Origin: Paenibacillus sediminis | GTDB lineage: Bacteria > Bacillota > Bacilli > Paenibacillales > Paenibacillaceae | DNA length: 24,000 bases | Reading direction: 5' to 3' | Assembly: GCF_017873765.1 (NCBI RefSeq) | Contig: NZ_JAGGKP010000014.1 | Location: 6,160 to 30,159 of the forward strand | Shown here: piece after piece, positions 20,384 to 24,000 of the stretch | Position numbering within the stretch: position 1 is the first letter of the stretch | How the letters are laid out: every line of letters begins with the position of its first letter | The notes under the pieces: generated by a model | Told to the model about the DNA's origin: nothing | Seen by the model: only the letters and a program-made list of their open reading frames with translations | Databases searched by the model: none | Program-made: the position numbers and the translations under genes

Positions 20384-22462
20384 TTACTCTCCGCCTTTGC
20401 TCTTGGCAATAATTTCTTCAGCGATGTTTTTAGGAACTTCTTCGTAGTGAGAAAGCTCCATGGAGAACACGCCGCGTCCTTGTGTACCGGAACGAAGAGT
20501 TGTTGAGTAACCGAACATCTCAGCGAGAGGCACTTTTGCACGAATGATTTGAGCTCCAGCACGGGAGTCCATACCTTCGATACGGCCACGACGAGAGTTC
20601 AGCATACCCATAACATCACCCATGTACTCTTCTGGTACAGTGACTTCAACTTTCATGATTGGCTCAAGCAATACAGGATTACATTTATCCTTCGCTGCTT
20701 TGAGCGCCATTGAACCGGCGATTTTAAACGCCATTTCACTGGAGTCGACATCATGGTAGGATCCATCAACAATTGTAGCTTTAACGTCTACAACCGGGAA
20801 GCCTGCAAGAACACCGTTTTGCATTGCTTCTTCAATACCAGCTTGTGCAGGTGCAATGTATTCTTTAGGTACAGCACCACCGACAATTTTGCTGTCGAAT
20901 TGGTTGCCGCTACCTGGTTCAAGCGGTTCGAATTCAACCCATACGTGACCATATTGACCACGACCACCGGATTGACGCACGAATTTACCTTCCACACGCG
21001 CTGGCGTACGGAATGTTTCGCGGTAAGCAACCTGAGGTTTACCTACATTCGTCTCCACTTTGAATTCACGACGCATACGGTCAATGATAATATCAAGGTG
21101 AAGCTCACCCATACCAGACAGAATTGTTTGACCTGTTTCTTCATCTGTATGAGCACGAAGTGTAGGGTCTTCTTCTGTCAATTTACTGAGGGCAACACCC
21201 ATTTTATCTTGGTCGGCTTTCGTTTTTGGTTCTACTGCGATGTGGATTACCGGTTCAGGGAAGTTCATGGATTCCAAAATAACCGGATGTTTCTCATCAC
21301 AAAGAGTATCACCTGTACTTGTATCTTTCAAGCCTACTGCAGCTGCAATATCACCGGAGTAAACTTCGGTAATTTCTTGGCGGCTGTTAGCGTGCATTTG
21401 AAGAATACGACCGATACGTTCACGTTTGCCTTTAGTAGCATTCAGCACATAAGAACCGGATTGCAAAATACCGGAGTATACGCGGAAGAATGTCAATTTA
21501 CCAACAAACGGGTCAGTCATGATTTTAAATGCCAATGCAGCGAATGGCTCTTCATCGGAAGAGTGACGAATTACTTCGCTTCCATCTTCAAGGTGACCCT
21601 TGATCGATGGAACATCCACTGGAGAAGGCAAGTAATCAACAACAGCATCCAACATCAGCTGAACACCTTTGTTACGATAAGAAGAACCGCAGATTACAGG
21701 GAAGATTTTAACTTCAACAACACCTTTACGAAGAGCTGCTTTAAGCTCTGGTACAGTGATTTCTTCACCTTCAAGGTATTTCATCGTTAATTCTTCGTCT
21801 AGTTCTGCTACCTTCTCGATCAATTCCGCACGAAGTTCTTCGACTTGGTCTAAGTATTCTGCAGGAATTTCTGTCTTCTCGATATCTTTACCGAGATCGT
21901 CTTTGTAGATGTAAGCAACTTGTTCGACCAAGTCGATAATACCCACAAAGTCGTTTTCTGCACCGATTGGCAGTTGAATCGCTACTGCGTTTGCTTGCAA
22001 ACGGTCACGCATCGATTGAACGACTCCTAAGAAATCAGCGCCGATGATGTCCATTTTGTTAACATATGCAATACGAGGAACGCCGTAACGGTCAGCCTGT
22101 CTCCAAACAGTTTCAGACTGAGGCTCTACGCCTTCTTTCGCACTGAATACACCTACTGCCCCATCCAATACACGAAGGGAACGTTCAACTTCAACAGTGA
22201 AGTCAACGTGCCCTGGGGTATCAATGATATTGATGCGGTGACCTTTCCATTGAGCGGTAGTCGCAGCGGATGTAATTGTAATCCCGCGCTCTTGCTCTTG
22301 TTCCATCCAGTCCATTGTCGCAGCACCTTCGTGAACTTCCCCGATTTTGTGCGTACGGCCTGTGTAGAACAAGATCCGTTCAGTGGTAGTCGTCTTACCA
22401 GCATCAATATGCGCCATGATCCCGATATTACGTGTATCTTTCAAGGAGAACTCTCTTGCCAT
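20384..22462 (-). CDS. fusA: Elongation factor G
   Basis: [35 protein letters not shown]...DTPGHVDFT..., 692 aa. ATG-22462 follows the SD GAAGGGAG. The ORF-track TTG at 22486 precedes the SD. Confidence 0.97.
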   Translation of the reverse strand: MAREFSLKDTRNIGIMAHIDAGKTTTTERILFYTGRTHKIGEVHEGAATMDWMEQEQERGITITSAATTAQWKGHRINIIDTPGHVDFTVEVERSLRVLDGAVGVFSAKEGVEPQSETVWRQADRYGVPRIAYVNKMDIIGADFLGVVQSMRDRLQANAVAIQLPIGAENDFVGIIDLVEQVAYIYKDDLGKDIEKTEIPAEYLDQVEELRAELIEKVAELDEELTMKYLEGEEITVPELKAALRKGVVEVKIFPVICGSSYRNKGVQLMLDAVVDYLPSPVDVPSIKGHLEDGSEVIRHSSDEEPFAALAFKIMTDPFVGKLTFFRVYSGILQSGSYVLNATKGKRERIGRILQMHANSRQEITEVYSGDIAAAVGLKDTSTGDTLCDEKHPVILESMNFPEPVIHIAVEPKTKADQDKMGVALSKLTEEDPTLRAHTDEETGQTILSGMGELHLDIIIDRMRREFKVETNVGKPQVAYRETFRTPARVEGKFVRQSGGRGQYGHVWVEFEPLEPGSGNQFDSKIVGGAVPKEYIAPAQAGIEEAMQNGVLAGFPVVDVKATIVDGSYHDVDSSEMAFKIAGSMALKAAKDKCNPVLLEPIMKVEVTVPEEYMGDVMGMLNSRRGRIEGMDSRAGAQIIRAKVPLAEMFGYSTTLRSGTQGRGVFSMELSHYEEVPKNIAEEIIAKSKGGE

Positions 22463-22506
22463 GAAATAGTCTCCCTTCAAAATCAAAGTTTAAATTAGTC
22501 AATATC

Positions 22507-22977
22507 TTACCAACGATAGTGAGCAAACGCTTTGTTCGCTTCAGCCATCTTGTGAGTGTCCTCACGTTTCTTAACGGAAGCACCAGTGTTGTTGGAAGCA
22601 TCAATAATTTCAGCTGCCAAACGTTCTTCCATTGTTTTCTCACCGCGTGTGCGGGAGTAGTTAACGAGCCAACGTAATCCCAAAGTAGTACGTCTCTCTG
22701 GTTTAACTTCAACAGGCACTTGATAGTTAGCACCACCTACACGGCGAGCTTTAACCTCAAGAACTGGCATAATGTTTTTGATTGCTGCTTCAAATACTTC
22801 CATTGGATCTTTACCTGTACGTTCTTGAACCAATTTGAACGCGTTGTAAAGAATAGTTTGAGCAACACCACGTTTACCGTCGATCATGATGCGGTTAATC
22901 AAACGAGTAACCAACTTGCTGTTATACACCGGATCCGGCAAAACGTCTCTTTTTGCAACAGGGCCTTTGCGTGGCAT
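22507..22977 (-). CDS. rpsG: 30S ribosomal protein S7 (uS7)
   Basis: 156 aa, [37 protein letters not shown]...AFAHYRW. Confidence 0.97.
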   Translation of the reverse strand: MPRKGPVAKRDVLPDPVYNSKLVTRLINRIMIDGKRGVAQTILYNAFKLVQERTGKDPMEVFEAAIKNIMPVLEVKARRVGGANYQVPVEVKPERRTTLGLRWLVNYSRTRGEKTMEERLAAEIIDASNNTGASVKKREDTHKMAEANKAFAHYRW

Positions 22978-23025
22978 GTTTATCCCCCTTTCTCATCAGT
23001 TCAAACATTTTCATTTTATTGCGAA

Positions 23026-23445
23026 TTAGCTTTTCGCTTTAGGACGTTTAGTACCGTATTTAGAACGTGCTTGCATACGGTTGTTCACACCTGCTGTATC
23101 CAAAGCACCGCGAACGATATGGTAACGTACCCCTGGAAGGTCTTTTACACGACCGCCGCGGACCAATACAACACTGTGCTCTTGCAAGTTGTGACCGATA
23201 CCTGGAATGTATGCAGTCACCTCAATGCGGTTCGTCAAACGAACACGGGCATATTTACGAAGCGCTGAGTTCGGTTTTTTCGGAGTCATAGTACCTACAC
23301 GAGTGCAGACACCGCGTTTTTGAGGAGCACTTAGGTTAGTTTCCTCACGTTTCAAAGCGTTAAATCCTTTTTGCAACGCAGGGGATTTAGACTTTACAAT
23401 TTTAGCTTGACGTCCTTTACGAACTAATTGGTTAATTGTTGGCAT
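23026..23445 (-). CDS. rpsL: 30S ribosomal protein S12 (uS12)
   Basis: 139 aa, [24 protein letters not shown]...[24 protein letters not shown]...[15 protein letters not shown]... Confidence 0.97.
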   Translation of the reverse strand: MPTINQLVRKGRQAKIVKSKSPALQKGFNALKREETNLSAPQKRGVCTRVGTMTPKKPNSALRKYARVRLTNRIEVTAYIPGIGHNLQEHSVVLVRGGRVKDLPGVRYHIVRGALDTAGVNNRMQARSKYGTKRPKAKS

Positions 23446-23588
23446 GTTGTTGCCACCCCCTTCCTAAAGTTTCAACTGTCTTCATAAACCAAACTTTAAG
23501 TCCACAGACCCAGGCGGTTCATAAAAGAACAAATGAAAAGTTTTTGCCAAAAGACTTCACACAGTCTTTAACAAAAACATTCCGATTA

Positions 23589-23840
23589 CTATTTTTTTAG
23601 GATCGCAGCCATTGCAGCTCCAACCTCTATGCCGCACGCTTTACCGAGATTCCTCATCGTATCTACATAAGTCACTTTTACAGCGTGCTTATTACACAGT
23701 GCAACGATCTTCGATATTAATCTTGGATCTGCATCTTGTGCAACATATACTTCTTCAGCTAGTCCAAGCTCAACGACTTTCATCGTCTGCTTAGTACCGA
23801 TCTTTACATGAGCATCCTGTAAGCCTTTATCATTAGACAT
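23589..23840 (-). CDS. ybxF: Ribosomal L7Ae/L30e/S12e/Gadd45-family protein (YbxF/RplGB-like K-turn-binding protein)
   Basis: 83 aa, MSNDKGLQDAHVKIGTKQTMKVVELGLAEEVYVAQDADPRL...LGKACGIEVGAAMAAILKK. It holds the canonical position between rpoC and rpsL, as B. subtilis ybxF does. SD GGAGGA lies 8 nt upstream. Confidence 0.85.
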   Translation of the reverse strand: MSNDKGLQDAHVKIGTKQTMKVVELGLAEEVYVAQDADPRLISKIVALCNKHAVKVTYVDTMRNLGKACGIEVGAAMAAILKK

Positions 23841-23894
23841 CTTGCGATTCCTCCAAAAGTACAGGGAACTGTCTTTTACTCACGCGCCTTTGCT

Positions 23895-23923
23895 ATATTA
23901 GCATTTCCAAATTGCGATGTCAA
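23895..23923 (-). promoter_or_regulatory. Sigma-A-type promoter upstream of the L7Ae-like gene / str operon
   Basis: The minus strand reads TTGACA-(17 nt)-TAATAT, about 55 nt upstream of the ybxF-like ATG. Confidence 0.6.
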
Positions 23924-23953
23924 GATAATTGTCGAGCTCGTTAAAATGATTTG

Positions 23954-23996
23954 GAGCACCGATACTGCGCCTTTTTAAAAATTCAGGTCGGTGCTC
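23954..23996 (-). terminator. GC-rich hairpin at the window edge; possible terminator or 3' structure of the upstream (presumably rpoC) transcript
   Basis: Minus strand: GAGCACCGA-(25 nt)-TCGGTGCTC followed by CAAATCATTTT. The stem is 9 bp but the loop is long and the T-tract weak. The upstream gene is not visible in the window. Confidence 0.3.
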
Positions 23997-24000
23997 GCAA

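Noticed and set aside
20753-21790. 345-aa plus-strand ORF antisense to fusA
   Set aside because: The same shadow-ORF explanation applies as for tuf. There is no ribosome-binding site and no recognisable domain-like sequence.
22428-22736. Same-strand out-of-frame ORFs, such as the 102-aa ORF spanning the rpsG 3' end and fusA 5' end; others lie inside rpsK, map, adk, rplE, rplN, rplB, rplD, rplC, tuf and fusA
   Set aside because: They give K/L/R/T-rich frame-shift-like translations with no SD and no precedent. I saw no slippery heptamer or other sign of programmed frameshifting.
23026-23445. Checked rpsL for classic streptomycin-resistance substitutions
   Set aside because: The [11 protein letters not shown] and [12 protein letters not shown] regions look wild type, so there is nothing to report.
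23841-23894. Looked for a K-turn (C-stem, 3-nt bulge, tandem G.A/A.G) in the leader of the L7Ae-like gene, as a possible autoregulatory site like those of archaeal L7Ae
   Set aside because: A GCG-CGT-GA segment is present, but the opposing strand lacks a GA directly abutting the complementary CGC. No convincing K-turn can be drawn.

Overview
This window is the str-S10-spc-alpha ribosomal-protein supercluster of a low/moderate-GC Firmicute. The gene order is Bacillales-like. From memory the protein sequences look Paenibacillaceae-like, but I cannot confirm that without a search. Every supported gene is on the minus strand. In transcription order (high to low coordinates) they are: L7Ae-like protein, rpsL, rpsG, fusA, tuf | rpsJ, rplC, rplD, rplW, rplB, rpsS, rplV, rpsC, rplP, rpmC, rpsQ | rplN, rplX, rplE, rpsN, rpsH, rplF, rplR, rpsE, rpmD, rplO, secY, adk, map, small KOW protein, infA, rpmJ, rpsM, rpsK, rpoA, rplQ | truA, rplM, rpsI | cysH, sat (5' part only; its 3' end runs off the left edge). 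Two genes absent from the ORF track were found by reading the sequence: rpmJ (37 aa, below the length cut-off) and the truncated sat. Eleven ORF-track starts were moved downstream to the start codon preceded by a Shine-Dalgarno (SD) site. I can also support three sigma-A-type promoters (cysH, rpsJ, L7Ae-like gene) and four clear intrinsic terminators (after rpsI, two after rplQ, after tuf). I saw no tRNA or rRNA genes, CRISPR arrays, transposases, integrases, defence genes or composition breaks. I do not see a novel biological system here: this is core housekeeping DNA in canonical synteny. The findings below are modest local oddities. They include the missing ecfA-ecfA'-ecfT module at the rplQ/truA junction, a candidate CymR-type operator at cysH, a perfect 20-bp tandem duplication in the tuf 3' UTR, an extended L24 N-terminus, and structured leaders and spacers. 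All product calls rest on recognising highly conserved protein sequences, since no database search was possible.
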